Shown in pieces: positions 29,312-39,184 of a stretch of DNA of 64,000 nucleotides. A program made the translations under genes and the position numbers. Within the stretch, counting starts at the first letter, position 1; every line of letters starts with the position of its first letter. The notes under the pieces were generated by a model. The model did not search any database. It was not told where the DNA came from and saw nothing but the letters and a program-made list of their open reading frames with translations. Source of the DNA: a bacterium (GTDB lineage: Bacteria; Zixibacteria; MSB-5A5; GN15; FEB-12); contig JBDRNJ010000072.1 of the NCBI GenBank assembly GCA_043811375.1, forward strand, positions 96,001 through 160,000, in the 5' to 3' direction.

Positions 29312-29722
29312 TTATTCCTCCCAGCGATTATCAATCTCGGAGTCACCCACTGTCAACTTGTGGCAAGAGACTTCGAAATACTGATATATCTGTTCATCAG
29401 GGCGGTCTTTAACGTGCGGAATAACCTCTTCGTATTTGGTGATGAATCCTTCCTCCCAGACCAACTCCTTCATGGTAGCGTCATCGGGGTTCTTGAACGT
29501 CACCTTGCCACCCTTCCAGTTGGGTTTGCTGGTGTCCATCGCCCAGCGGGCGATATCTACATTACCCTCTTTGTCGGACTCAACTTTTATTTTGATGGTC
29601 CCGGCGTGGGCACGATCCGAGGGACGTCCCGTCTCATCCTTGGCCGTGTACAGGTCGTAAGAAACTTCATACACATTCTTGTAGGTTACGCCATCGATTT
29701 CGAGAACTGGTCTGCGTGCCAT
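29312..29722 (-). CDS. tssD: T6SS tube protein TssD/Hcp (Bacteroidota type)
   Basis: DETGRPS...GTIKIKVES, GKVTFK, MKELVWEEGFITKYEE match the recalled T6SS-iii Hcp pattern. AAGGAG RBS. Confidence 0.9.
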   Translation of the reverse strand: MARRPVLEIDGVTYKNVYEVSYDLYTAKDETGRPSDRAHAGTIKIKVESDKEGNVDIARWAMDTSKPNWKGGKVTFKNPDDATMKELVWEEGFITKYEEVIPHVKDRPDEQIYQYFEVSCHKLTVGDSEIDNRWEE

Positions 29723-29791
29723 AATCTAACTCCTTACAGGTAGTTTAATTTACAGTTAGAGTTGCCGTCGAATGCCGCTCAACTCCAACGA

Positions 29792-31222
29792 TTACTTGTC
29801 CTTTACGTTCGTCTGGTTGTCCTCGTTCCAGGCGGTGAACTCGATGTTAAACGAACGAGCCGGATACTTCGGGTTCAGAGCTACCTTGATGTCGATTTCC
29901 TGCCGTTTGCGCATTTCCTCGTCGGCGACAATCAAGACCTGGTAGTCCTGCAGAATATTGTCGCCGCCGCTTATCGCATTCATGAACTTGTCGATATCGC
30001 GGCGCATGGTATCAACGAATTTCTGATCAATAACCGAGAAGGTCTGCTTGTTGAGATAGTTGCGCAGAGTTTTGTAGACGTAGTCGTAGGTGCGCCGGAT
30101 CGAGTATACGTTGAACGTCTCCTTGCTGAACAGTGTCGAAGCGCCCATGGCCACTGCCGTTCCTTCGAAATTGACCATCGGGTTAATGCCCTTTTCATTG
30201 ATCTTGCTGGCATCTGGCTGGTTGGCCTTGAAACGCAGGTACTTGGCATCGGCAATCTTACCGTGCTTGTAACCGGCCATCGGCTGTTGCATGCCGACCG
30301 TCGTATCGCCCTGATACATCTTTCCGGCCACTGCCGCTGAGGGTGGGATCCACATGTCGTCATCTTCGTATTGGTTGGCGCCCCGGGCCAGCAGGTAGTT
30401 TGCAAAGACAGAGGCATACTGTTTGTAGTTGTCAATCCCCGGCAGGTTGGCATAGTTCGGGTCTTCCAGCATGTCCATCAGTTCTTCGAACTTCTCGAAG
30501 TTGGGCAGGTCCGTCATCACGTGGACCTTATTAGCCAGGCCCAGTTGTCGGGCCACCATGTCTATATTCTCCACACTACCCAAATAGCCGGGAATCACCG
30601 CCATCGAGAAGCATTCCTTAATACTCCACTCGCGGTAGAGATCGGCGATGGCCTTGGTCAACTGCTCAAACTTCTCCTTGTCGTCGGGGTCAGTCAACTC
30701 ATCACCCGAGACATTGGCAAACCAGGCGTTAACTTTTTCGTCCGGTTCCAGTTGGGCGTTGGCGAAGAACTTGTCGATAGCCCGGTAGGTGGTTTCTATT
30801 TCGCGGCTGGCCCGGTGGACCTTTTTCATGTTCTTGTCGAGATTGGCTTCCAGTTTAGTCGCCTGTTCATTGAGATTCTTGCGGATGTCGTCGATATTGT
30901 CACTTTGGGACAGGTTCTCAATCCACACCTTGAGCCGCTCGGCCAGCAGCTTGCGCTGGGTAGCGAAGTTCTTTTTGGTCAGGAATTCCTTACGTTGGAA
31001 GTCCTTCTTGGGGTCAAGCCATTCGACCCCCCGCACCAGGTCACCATCGGCCGTCTTAAACGACGGCAAGAGGCCGGCTAACTTGCTGAAGTCACCGAAA
31101 GAATCACTGAGTATCGAGGCAAACTCTTCTTCAGAGACTTTTTCAGCGGCGGGGGCCTCGGGTTTTGCTTCGGCGGCCTGTTCCGGCTGCGGTTGCGGTT
31201 GATTTTTTTCCTCTTCACCCAT
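29792..31222 (-). CDS. tssC: T6SS sheath large subunit TssC (DUF5458-like, Bacteroidota type)
   Basis: VIPGYLGS, KVHVMTD, PPSAAVAGKMY, AGYKHG, PMVN...TLF, YSIRRTYDYV. Confidence 0.88.
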   Translation of the reverse strand: MGEEEKNQPQPQPEQAAEAKPEAPAAEKVSEEEFASILSDSFGDFSKLAGLLPSFKTADGDLVRGVEWLDPKKDFQRKEFLTKKNFATQRKLLAERLKVWIENLSQSDNIDDIRKNLNEQATKLEANLDKNMKKVHRASREIETTYRAIDKFFANAQLEPDEKVNAWFANVSGDELTDPDDKEKFEQLTKAIADLYREWSIKECFSMAVIPGYLGSVENIDMVARQLGLANKVHVMTDLPNFEKFEELMDMLEDPNYANLPGIDNYKQYASVFANYLLARGANQYEDDDMWIPPSAAVAGKMYQGDTTVGMQQPMAGYKHGKIADAKYLRFKANQPDASKINEKGINPMVNFEGTAVAMGASTLFSKETFNVYSIRRTYDYVYKTLRNYLNKQTFSVIDQKFVDTMRRDIDKFMNAISGGDNILQDYQVLIVADEEMRKRQEIDIKVALNPKYPARSFNIEFTAWNEDNQTNVKDK

Positions 31223-31245
31223 TAGTCAATCACCTCCTTCGGTAC

Positions 31246-31686
31246 CTACTCACTCAGCAGGTCGATATAGTATTGGGCTGCTTTCAGCAGCGCTTCTTTT
31301 TTTTCTTTGTCTTTCAGTGTCTTCTTAAGAGCATTATTCTTCTTCAGTTGCTTGTCCAGGTCCGTCATCATTTCCTTGCGGTAGTATGTTTTCTGAAGGT
31401 GGTCGTTCTTTTCGACGAGCTCCTTGGAAGTGAAATCTTTCATCGCCTTAATCTCAAAGTCGGCATTGATCGGTTCGCCCTCTTCGGTCTCCAGTTCGGT
31501 CGAGAAAGACGGGTGGAATTTCTCAAAAACCTCTTTGAGATTGTTGCACCTGACTGGCGATACATCCACTTCTTCGTCGCTGTTCAAGCGAGCAGCGTAG
31601 AGCAGCTTATTGGACGGCAGGAGTTCAACCGGAACGGAATCGTCTCTTTGGATCCGTTCAGTTGCTCCCAGCATGAATTTTGCCAT
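31246..31686 (-). CDS. tssB: T6SS sheath small subunit TssB (Bacteroidota type)
   Basis: LPSNKLL...L, VFEKFHP...ETEEG...KDF, LKKNNALK pattern. Directly upstream of tssC. Confidence 0.82.
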   Translation of the reverse strand: MAKFMLGATERIQRDDSVPVELLPSNKLLYAARLNSDEEVDVSPVRCNNLKEVFEKFHPSFSTELETEEGEPINADFEIKAMKDFTSKELVEKNDHLQKTYYRKEMMTDLDKQLKKNNALKKTLKDKEKKEALLKAAQYYIDLLSE

Positions 31687-31707
31687 TGGCGCCTCCTGTG
31701 AGCTATA

Positions 31708-32814
31708 TTACTTCGAATCTGACATTTTTTTGCTGTTAAACACGTAGGTATCATCCTCGACTTCAATCATGATGTCATCACCCGGTGACACCTTCCCGGT
31801 GATAATGTCCACCGATAACCTGTTGATAATGTCCCTTTCGATAATGCGTTGAATGGGGCGGGCGCCGAGTTCAAAAGTGTATCCGTCGACCGCCAGTTTA
31901 TGTTGAGCCTCGGGACTGAGTGTGACGTGGACGTTCTGGTCTTTCAACAATTGGCAGACCTGGTCGAATTCCAGACCGGCGATAACCTCGACCTGTTCCT
32001 GGGTGAAAGTATGATAGATAATGATATCGTTCAGGCGGTTGAGAAACTCCGGCCGGAACTTCGTGAAAAGGAAGCCGCGGACCTCTTCCATATCGAGGTC
32101 GCGGCCCTCCCGGTCAGCATCCAGAATCTTGTCAGCGGCGTAGTTGGATGTCAGCACTACGATAGTATTGGAGAAATCAACGGTGCGGTTCTGCCCGTCG
32201 GTAAGGCGACCATCATCCAAAAGCTGCAGCAACACATTAAAGACATCCGGATGGGCTTTCTCTACTTCGTCAAAAAGGACAATCGAGAACGGTTTGCGTT
32301 TGACGGCTTCAGTCAGAACGCCGCCTTCCTCATAGCCGACATACCCGGGTGGAGCGCCAATCATCTTGGCCACCGAGTGCTTTTCCATGAACTCCGACAT
32401 ATCCAGCCGGACCATGGCATTCTTGTCGTCGAAGAGAAACTCCGCCAGTAGCTTGGGCAGGTATGTTTTGCCGGTTCCGGTCGGTCCCAGGAAGAGAAAC
32501 GATCCGATCGGTCGATTTGGCAGCTTCAGTCCCGCCCGGGCCTTGCGTACGGCATTGGCAATCCCCCTGATAGCCTCCTTCTGGCCGACGATTTTCTTGC
32601 TCAGGAACGCTTCCATATTGACCAGGCGATCCTTTTCCGCCGTGAGCATCTTTGACAGCGGGATACCGGTGCGGCGAGCCACCACCGCTCCGATGTCGGC
32701 ATCGTCTATCTTACGTTCCAGCGATTCAACGACCGTCTTCAGGGAATTGAATGTCTCGACCTTGCTGTCGAATTGCTTTATCAGATCCGCAGGGTTCACT
32801 TTTGGTGCCGTCAT
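31708..32814 (-). CDS. ClpV/TssH-like AAA+ ATPase, second module (D2)
   Basis: VVARRTGIP, IVGQKEAI, GPTGTGKT, GAPPGYVGYEEGG, FDEVEKAHP, GRLTD, FRPEFLNR, GARPI. Confidence 0.9.
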   Translation of the reverse strand: MTAPKVNPADLIKQFDSKVETFNSLKTVVESLERKIDDADIGAVVARRTGIPLSKMLTAEKDRLVNMEAFLSKKIVGQKEAIRGIANAVRKARAGLKLPNRPIGSFLFLGPTGTGKTYLPKLLAEFLFDDKNAMVRLDMSEFMEKHSVAKMIGAPPGYVGYEEGGVLTEAVKRKPFSIVLFDEVEKAHPDVFNVLLQLLDDGRLTDGQNRTVDFSNTIVVLTSNYAADKILDADREGRDLDMEEVRGFLFTKFRPEFLNRLNDIIIYHTFTQEQVEVIAGLEFDQVCQLLKDQNVHVTLSPEAQHKLAVDGYTFELGARPIQRIIERDIINRLSVDIITGKVSPGDDIMIEVEDDTYVFNSKKMSDSK

Positions 32815-34271
32815 TTTTCCGCTCCCGCCAGAGCTTCCAGGCGATGACCCCAGAATCCGTGCAACCGGTCCACCTCGCGAGAAAAGTCGTCGCAGGCCGC
32901 TTGCAGTTTCTGTAAATCTTCAGTGTCCGTCTGCGGATCTTTATCCCGACAGGTCTCAAAGAGCTGTCGGACCCTGGCTATCTGCTCCGTGATACGCGGC
33001 ACTGCTTCGCGGGCGAACTCTTCCTTGACGCTGAACTCCGACCCGGCTTCATCAACCAGGTCCAGCGCCACATCGGGGAGGTTGCGTTCACTGAGATAAC
33101 GGCGGGAGTATTTCACAGCGCCATGAATCGCTTCCGTCGTGTAGGCAATTTTGTGATGTTCGGCATACTTAGCGATAACACCGTTAAGGATTCGCGTGGC
33201 CTCGTCCTCACTGGGCTCCTCGACCTTCACTTTCTCGAAACGCCGGTCGAGAGCCTTGTCTTTTTCCAGGTGCTTGGTGTATTCCTCCTCGGTAGTGGCT
33301 CCGATCAGACGAATCTGCCCACGGGCCAGGGCCGGTTTGATGAGATTGGCGGCATCCATACCGCCCGAACCGCTGCCGGCTCCGGTGATGGTGTGAATTT
33401 CATCGATGAACAGGACTAGCCGGCCGCCCGACTTGACGACCTCGCCCACCAGGGTTTTGAAGCGTTCCTCAAACTCTCCCTTGTACTTGGCTCCGGCCAC
33501 CAGTGAGCCCATGTCGACTTCCATAACCTTGACACCCGTCAGCGCCTGGGGCACCCGGTTCTCAATCACCGCCTGGGCGAAACCCTCAACGATTGCCGAT
33601 TTTCCGACTCCGGCGCCGCCGACCAGAACGGGGCTGTTCTTGCGTCGGCGCAGAAGTATCTGGATCAGTTGCTGCAACTCCGACTCACGACCTATCATGG
33701 GGTCGAATTCGCCGGCACTGGCCCGGTTGGTCATATCCACGCAGTAGCGCAGAGTGCCGGCTACTTCTTTTTTGGATTCGCCGGCGGGTTGGCCTTCTGC
33801 TGCCGAGGGCGCCGTCGTGGCAATCTCAGCCACCGATTTGCTTTCGGCGATCGCTTTATAGCAGTCTTCACGGGTGATGTCGATCTTGTCGCGCAGATAA
33901 GGCGACAGCTTGCTTTTGGGATCAAGGATCGCAATAAAGATATGCTCCGGTTCGACCAGGGCATCGTAGAGCTTGTTCTTTTCTTCGAGGGCCTGTTGCA
34001 GCACTTCCTGAACGGCCGGACCGATACTGAGGTTTTCACGTGCCATTTGGCGCCCGGCTTGTTCCTTGAGGTGTTCCTCGGTGATCGATTCAATCAGGCC
34101 GGGACTTTTGCCGAGTTGATTAAAGATTGATTCTACTTCGGAGGCCTCCTGGCGCAGGACGGCAATCAGGAGGTGTTCCACCTGGATTTCCGGGTGACGG
34201 AAGGTTGCGGCCACTTCCCGGGCGTTTTTGATAACCGCCCGTGAATCCGACGAGTAACTGGCTATATCCAT
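32811..34271 (-). CDS. ClpV/TssH-like AAA+ ATPase, Clp N-domain plus first module (D1)
   Basis: Two EHL/EHI Clp-N repeats, [50 protein letters not shown]. Confidence 0.9.
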   Translation of the reverse strand: MDIASYSSDSRAVIKNAREVAATFRHPEIQVEHLLIAVLRQEASEVESIFNQLGKSPGLIESITEEHLKEQAGRQMARENLSIGPAVQEVLQQALEEKNKLYDALVEPEHIFIAILDPKSKLSPYLRDKIDITREDCYKAIAESKSVAEIATTAPSAAEGQPAGESKKEVAGTLRYCVDMTNRASAGEFDPMIGRESELQQLIQILLRRRKNSPVLVGGAGVGKSAIVEGFAQAVIENRVPQALTGVKVMEVDMGSLVAGAKYKGEFEERFKTLVGEVVKSGGRLVLFIDEIHTITGAGSGSGGMDAANLIKPALARGQIRLIGATTEEEYTKHLEKDKALDRRFEKVKVEEPSEDEATRILNGVIAKYAEHHKIAYTTEAIHGAVKYSRRYLSERNLPDVALDLVDEAGSEFSVKEEFAREAVPRITEQIARVRQLFETCRDKDPQTDTEDLQKLQAACDDFSREVDRLHGFWGHRLEALAGAEK

Positions 34272-34359
34272 AAACCCGTGTCGCCTCTCTCTTCCTTAAG
34301 GCAGGCCTCAGGTAGTCCCTGACCCACTGCAACTTGGCCAAGATGTGGTTTAAGCCTTT

Positions 34360-34388
34360 TTATTAACATATCAAACTGCCGAAGTCAA
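34360..34388 (-). promoter_or_regulatory. Candidate sigma70 promoter for the clpV-tssB-tssC core operon
   Basis: Minus strand TTGACT-N17-TAATAA, with TG at the extended -10 position. Confidence 0.5.
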
Positions 34389-34494
34389 GGGGTTTGTGAA
34401 TCTGCTCATCACCCGGTACAGGGGACCGGCTGACGAAAACCCAGGCGAGACCACCCGGCGCGCAGGCCGACCCCGGGGTCAACCGACAGCCAGA

Positions 34495-35661
34495 CTATGG
34501 TTCCATATCAGGATTCTCTTCTTCCTCTTCTTCCTCTCCTTCCCCTACGGGATCCACCTGCGTCTGTTGCTTTTTGTTGAATATGTCCTGGTCAAGTTTC
34601 AACGGTTTCCTCCCCCTCCCTGTCCACCAACGGCGGTGCCAAGGTTCCTTCGACTTGGTGGCGGCCCGTGAACCCACACTCTTGGAGTTGTCAACGGAAG
34701 TGCTGAAACCGCAACTCCAGTTGACGTGCTTGAGAAACGTAAATGACTCTCTCATCCGCTCTTCATTGAAGTCTTCAGAGCCGTACTCATCGGCCAAATC
34801 AGCCCAGGCGATATTCTGCACCACCAGCCAGGCCGTAAACCTGTTCTTGAAGGTGATTTGGAATAGTTCGCCGTACGCCTCGTTTGTCCAGGGAGCCGGA
34901 CCCACTCCGGGATTGGGCCACCAGGGACTGTCTTCGAAAGCTGCAGTCTGTGTATCCTCGTTGTTGTCGAAAGCCTTTACCGATGGCCCATGGTAAAACG
35001 GTGGGTGACTGTAGTTACCATCATCGTTCGGCTGGGCGTCACGAATAGGCAAGGCGACGGTGACTGTAATTAACTTTTTTGAGTAGAGGGCCTTGCGTTC
35101 GTTTTCGCGCATTGTCTGCAGCCATCCCACGCGATGGTTTTTGGCACAGTCATCCCTGCGTCGACAGCTATCAGCAACACTGATCTGGACCTCAGCGCTC
35201 ATTTTAAATGTGGGCCCCTCTGGGGTCAGAGCATTGTCATGCAACCGGGACCGGGGGCCCATAATTAAACCTTCTTGAAACTCATTTGCCGCAGATACTC
35301 CTTTTTCAATGTCGAAATTCGTCACCGTGAATTTGATCTTGTGAATCGTGATGCTGATGTTGGCAGTTCTTCGCCGGCCGTCTTTCGAGTACCGCAGCCT
35401 GACCTTGACCGTGCCGGGCTTGACCCCAAGAAGGCGCACCTTAGTGACTGATCCTGCGTCAAGAGCATCCCCGTTCTCCTTAGTCAGAATGCTGCCGCCG
35501 GTCACGATGCTCCACACACAGGTCCCGCCATCGGGTGTGACATTCGCCGTAAGCTCGTGCGGATGCCCGGGACAGGCGACATTTCCCTCCGGTGCGTTAA
35601 TGCTCGCCGTCATCGGGGGCCGACGAGCGACTACTCTACTTGAACCGCTACCAACGACCAC
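34495..35661 (-). CDS. Candidate T6SS cargo: Ig-like N-terminus, FAM78-like C-terminal domain, acidic tail
   Basis: GTG start after AAAGGAG. N-terminal LTANVTPDGGTCVWSI Ig-like strand pattern. C-terminal motifs described under findings. Confidence 0.55.
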   Translation of the reverse strand: MVVGSGSSRVVARRPPMTASINAPEGNVACPGHPHELTANVTPDGGTCVWSIVTGGSILTKENGDALDAGSVTKVRLLGVKPGTVKVRLRYSKDGRRRTANISITIHKIKFTVTNFDIEKGVSAANEFQEGLIMGPRSRLHDNALTPEGPTFKMSAEVQISVADSCRRRDDCAKNHRVGWLQTMRENERKALYSKKLITVTVALPIRDAQPNDDGNYSHPPFYHGPSVKAFDNNEDTQTAAFEDSPWWPNPGVGPAPWTNEAYGELFQITFKNRFTAWLVVQNIAWADLADEYGSEDFNEERMRESFTFLKHVNWSCGFSTSVDNSKSVGSRAATKSKEPWHRRWWTGRGRKPLKLDQDIFNKKQQTQVDPVGEGEEEEEEENPDMEP

Positions 35662-35744
35662 GAGGGCTCCTTTCCCCGGAGCGCGCTGAGAGCGATCGGG
35701 ACAGATGAGAAATCGCGTTTCCCCTCACCATCCCGGGGCGTGAG

Positions 35745-36638
35745 TCAAAACTCATGATCTTCCTCCGAATTGGGAAATTCGATCCTGACTGTTCCGGGTG
35801 CAATATCGTCTTCCCTGGCCCTCCCGCTGCCATCCAGCGTGCCCCGCCGCTGCTGCCCGTTGGCCAGGTGCAATATGTACTCCTCGTTTGTGATGGCGTT
35901 TCCTTCTCCGTCCACCAGCGTAATCTCCACCCAGTCCTTAAACTCCAGCAGGCCCGACTCCTGCTCCTGCTTGCCAAACTCGGTGTCTTCGACCTTGACC
36001 GTGAAGAAGTACTCCGGGGGATTGTACGACTTGCCGTACTTGTCAAGCTCCTCCTGGGTGGGGATTTCGTCGGTGTCCTCGTGGTACTCAAATTCCCACT
36101 GCAGCTCAATGCGTTTGTCCATCACTGTCGCCGGCAATTCGACTATCTTATCGTGGGCGCTGTCACGGTCGTACTCGTAAATAACGACGGTGACTTCTGC
36201 GTTGTCGCGTAGTCCGTTGGTGTCGGCCGAGAGGGTCAGGATATCACCTCGCCGGGCCTCGTTGGCGCTCCACTTCAGGTTGAATACCTGCACCGGGGGA
36301 AATACCGGTATCCGGTTGGACTCACCCTCCAGGTCGTTATTCGGGAGTTCAACTTCAAAATAGATCATGTCATCCAGTTCGGTATCTTCGGGGATGTCAA
36401 ACTCCCCGACATATTTGTTTCTCTTGATGACATCCTTGATCTTGCCCAGCTTCTTGCCGTTTTCGCTCTGGCCCTTGATCTTTATCGTGGCGCCCTCACC
36501 GACAAACGCCGTCCTGACCTCGAATTTGGCCATTCGCCCGGCGATGGCCTTACCCTGGCGCCAGGTAGCCGACAGCAGCGCCGACTCCAGTTCAATCTCG
36601 TGTTCGGTGTCAGTAGATTTGGTGAATTTCAGGTCCAC
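35745..36638 (-). CDS. T6SS-associated protein with duplicated Ig-like units and a transthyretin-like C-terminal domain
   Basis: Two W-x4-A-x2-G units; C-terminal DWVEITLVDGEGNAITNEEYILHLANGQQRRGTLDGSG...PGTVRIEFP. Paralogous to the PAAR extension. Confidence 0.6.
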   Translation of the reverse strand: MDLKFTKSTDTEHEIELESALLSATWRQGKAIAGRMAKFEVRTAFVGEGATIKIKGQSENGKKLGKIKDVIKRNKYVGEFDIPEDTELDDMIYFEVELPNNDLEGESNRIPVFPPVQVFNLKWSANEARRGDILTLSADTNGLRDNAEVTVVIYEYDRDSAHDKIVELPATVMDKRIELQWEFEYHEDTDEIPTQEELDKYGKSYNPPEYFFTVKVEDTEFGKQEQESGLLEFKDWVEITLVDGEGNAITNEEYILHLANGQQRRGTLDGSGRAREDDIAPGTVRIEFPNSEEDHEF

Positions 36639-36651
36639 AGCAGCACAACCC

Positions 36652-37095
36652 TCACTCCGGCAACCCCGGTTGGAAGCTTTCGATAATGCGGTCTACCTCG
36701 ACGCCGATGGTCTTGATTGTCTTTTTGGAAAAATTGGCGCTGAAACTATAGGCGGCACCATCGCAGATCATGTAGACCAGTTTCTGGAACGACACATTTC
36801 CATTCGGCGACACCCACTTGTAGACGACTACGTAAGCCGCCACTCCACTGGCCAGCGTTTTGGGTTCTTCCTTGAGGATTTCCGCGGCCGGCATCGACTC
36901 GACGATTTGATCGATACGGTCCCGGGCATAATCTTCCACATCGTCAGTTTGGGGATCGGGATCAATCGTAAGATTGAGCACATGCTGCACGCCGCTGTCA
37001 TCCGGCCCCAGGAACTGGTAAATAGTGCGATCCTCCCACCCGTCGGGCAGGTCGATGCGGAAGTTGTTGTTGGTGTTGGCATCAACCATCTTCAA
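36652..37095 (-). CDS. DcrB/DUF1795 (PsbP-like) effector adaptor
   Basis: FRIDLPDGWEDRTI...LNLTI...YARDRIDQI, characteristic of DcrB-related T6SS chaperones. Lies in the PAAR cassette. Confidence 0.75.
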   Translation of the reverse strand: MKMVDANTNNNFRIDLPDGWEDRTIYQFLGPDDSGVQHVLNLTIDPDPQTDDVEDYARDRIDQIVESMPAAEILKEEPKTLASGVAAYVVVYKWVSPNGNVSFQKLVYMICDGAAYSFSANFSKKTIKTIGVEVDRIIESFQPGLPE

Positions 37096-38015
37096 CCCTC
37101 ACCCTTGAGGACGAAACGGGATTGGTCTTCCTGATACACCAGTTGGTCACCGTATTGGCGCCACCAGTCCTGCCACCGTTGTCCGGCCTCAGTATGAGTA
37201 CAAATCATGACTTGATCATTCTCCATATAATAGTCAAACTCCAGCATCTCCAAATCATCTTGTATTACTTCCGAAAGAGAGACATTCTCTCGTTGAACGG
37301 CTTCACGGTCATAGTCATTGGCGACAATGTACTCCCTTACCCCAGGAGATAACTGTATGCTTCCCTGTGACAATCTCTGTAGAGTTTCGATCTCCTCCTT
37401 CAAGGTCCTGATCTCAAATGAGTGTTCATCAGCGAGGCGTGCAACGGAGGACACATCTCCCCCGACTGGTGGCCTAGGTAGCTGAAGCTGATTCAGAGCT
37501 TCTACGACATTGTCTACAACCTGGACTTCGGTATCAGACACCAAATCAATGAGCTGGCGGATCGGCTCCGATCGCCCAATCGCCAGGATTACTGCAACTG
37601 CGTTGCTGAGTTCGTCGTCCGGTCCCTGGAGGATGTCTCCCGCCTGGGAGATTAGAGAGGCAATCAGATCGAGCTCCGTTTCATCACCCAAAACGTACAG
37701 TGTCCAGATGATGTGAACGTCTATCACACGCTCCGCGGCGCCGGGATCCCAGTTCCAGGTGACCTTGTCCGGTCCAGGCCGGGCCCGATCCCACAGCTTC
37801 TTGAGGCTCTCAATCGCAGTTGGATTGCGAATCTCTCTCAGATCCGAAAGCGCCCTTAGACGGGCGGATAGCTCCTCATCTGGGTCACCTGCGATCTCGG
37901 CCAAGCGGGCGAGCGCCCCATTGCTCATCTCAGATCCTCCACTCGTGTGTTTTCCAGCGGCGGCATGGTCAGCCAACATTGAAATAGCCCCCACCAAGCC
38001 GACCACGATTTTCAC
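37092..38015 (-). CDS. HEAT-repeat-like protein with probable signal peptide; candidate immunity protein
   Basis: ARLRALSDL...AIESLKKL and AVAVILAIGRSEPIRQLIDLVSD...VVEALNQL helical repeats. Directly downstream of the candidate effector. Confidence 0.5.
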   Translation of the reverse strand: MKIVVGLVGAISMLADHAAAGKHTSGGSEMSNGALARLAEIAGDPDEELSARLRALSDLREIRNPTAIESLKKLWDRARPGPDKVTWNWDPGAAERVIDVHIIWTLYVLGDETELDLIASLISQAGDILQGPDDELSNAVAVILAIGRSEPIRQLIDLVSDTEVQVVDNVVEALNQLQLPRPPVGGDVSSVARLADEHSFEIRTLKEEIETLQRLSQGSIQLSPGVREYIVANDYDREAVQRENVSLSEVIQDDLEMLEFDYYMENDQVMICTHTEAGQRWQDWWRQYGDQLVYQEDQSRFVLKGEG

Positions 38016-38024
38016 GCCGCTCCA

Positions 38025-39164
38025 TCATTCCTCCGCCGCTGGCGGTCCCGCAAACTCATCGGGATGCGTCACATTGACCTTTCTACGATTCTGACGGGCT
38101 TGCAGGATACGCGCCTGCCATTCTTTACAGTCAAGAATTACCGCCTCAGGATCCAAGACACCGATTAAGACATCGTACGGTTCGGTCTCTCCCACCTTGG
38201 TCTTAATTTTCACGGAATTCGGCACGTCAAAGTTCAGATGTATGTGCGTCCTGAAATCAAGACTTAAGAAGCAATGCGTATCCCCGTATTGGATTGGTCC
38301 ACCTGCTTCATCTTCGGTTTTTGCATTCTTTCCGCCACCGGAGACTTGGTATTTGCCATCGTGATAACGAGGGTCGGTTTCTATCCGATCAATGGCCCAG
38401 TCCGGAATATTGGCCATGTGACGGCGTCCGTAGTCGGTAACATACTCGTACTTCTGTTGCCTAGGCCACAGACGAATGGAACCTTTGTTCCATTGCACTA
38501 TGGTGTACATGCCGGTGCTGTTCGCTTCCCGTACGGTGAACTTCATCACTACTTTCTTAGCTCTTCCTTGCTTAACATACCCTTTGTCCGTTACGCTGAA
38601 TTCCATCAGGTTATTCTTGAGCTTCACCGTCGGCGCCTTGCTATAATCATCATCTTCTGTTGAACAGGATATCGATTCTGCATCGGCACTAGGGAATGCC
38701 AGCACTCGATAATACAGCGTGCACGTCTGGAACTCCGCTCGCTGGAGGCGGGCCAGGTCGCGCCACCATTCCAACGGCATCTTGTAAGTAGCCTTGCCGG
38801 ATGCATCAAGCTTAATAGCCTTATCACCATTAGACCAACTGCTGAAAGATTGCTTCGAGAGACGCGTCTGGATCGGGTCGGTCTCTTTCCAGGCACCGAC
38901 CAAGCCCGGGCCGTCGGACAGCGCCGCGGAATTGGATCGTGCCACCTGGACGTCGAAGTAGTAGTTGGACGGACCACTGATTATCCGAAACTCCAGAATC
39001 GGGTGAGCAGCCGACAAGTTACCCTTCGCATCCAATACTACAACGTATTCTTTCTTTAGGGCTTCAATCGTAATCTTGGGATTATTGACGAAATTAGCTG
39101 GCTTCTTTTTGGTCTTACTTTGTAAAACCACGCCCTTGGACTTATCCGTTTTCCCGTAAGTCAA
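38025..39164 (-). CDS. Hypothetical protein, candidate T6SS effector
   Basis: 379 aa ORF 20 nt downstream of the PAAR gene, no signal peptide, more AT-rich than the core genes. Confidence 0.5.
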   Translation of the reverse strand: MTYGKTDKSKGVVLQSKTKKKPANFVNNPKITIEALKKEYVVVLDAKGNLSAAHPILEFRIISGPSNYYFDVQVARSNSAALSDGPGLVGAWKETDPIQTRLSKQSFSSWSNGDKAIKLDASGKATYKMPLEWWRDLARLQRAEFQTCTLYYRVLAFPSADAESISCSTEDDDYSKAPTVKLKNNLMEFSVTDKGYVKQGRAKKVVMKFTVREANSTGMYTIVQWNKGSIRLWPRQQKYEYVTDYGRRHMANIPDWAIDRIETDPRYHDGKYQVSGGGKNAKTEDEAGGPIQYGDTHCFLSLDFRTHIHLNFDVPNSVKIKTKVGETEPYDVLIGVLDPEAVILDCKEWQARILQARQNRRKVNVTHPDEFAGPPAAEE

Positions 39165-39184
39165 TTGTGGACCCCGTAAGTTCC

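Noticed and set aside
34328..34342. Sigma54-like TGGC...TTGCA upstream of clpV
   Set aside because: GG-to-GC spacing is 7 nt, not the required 10.
35648..36109. 153 aa minus-strand ORF or frameshift joining the 297 aa and 388 aa genes
   Set aside because: Alternative frame of the 297 aa gene; the downstream gene has its own AAAGGAG RBS and GTG start.
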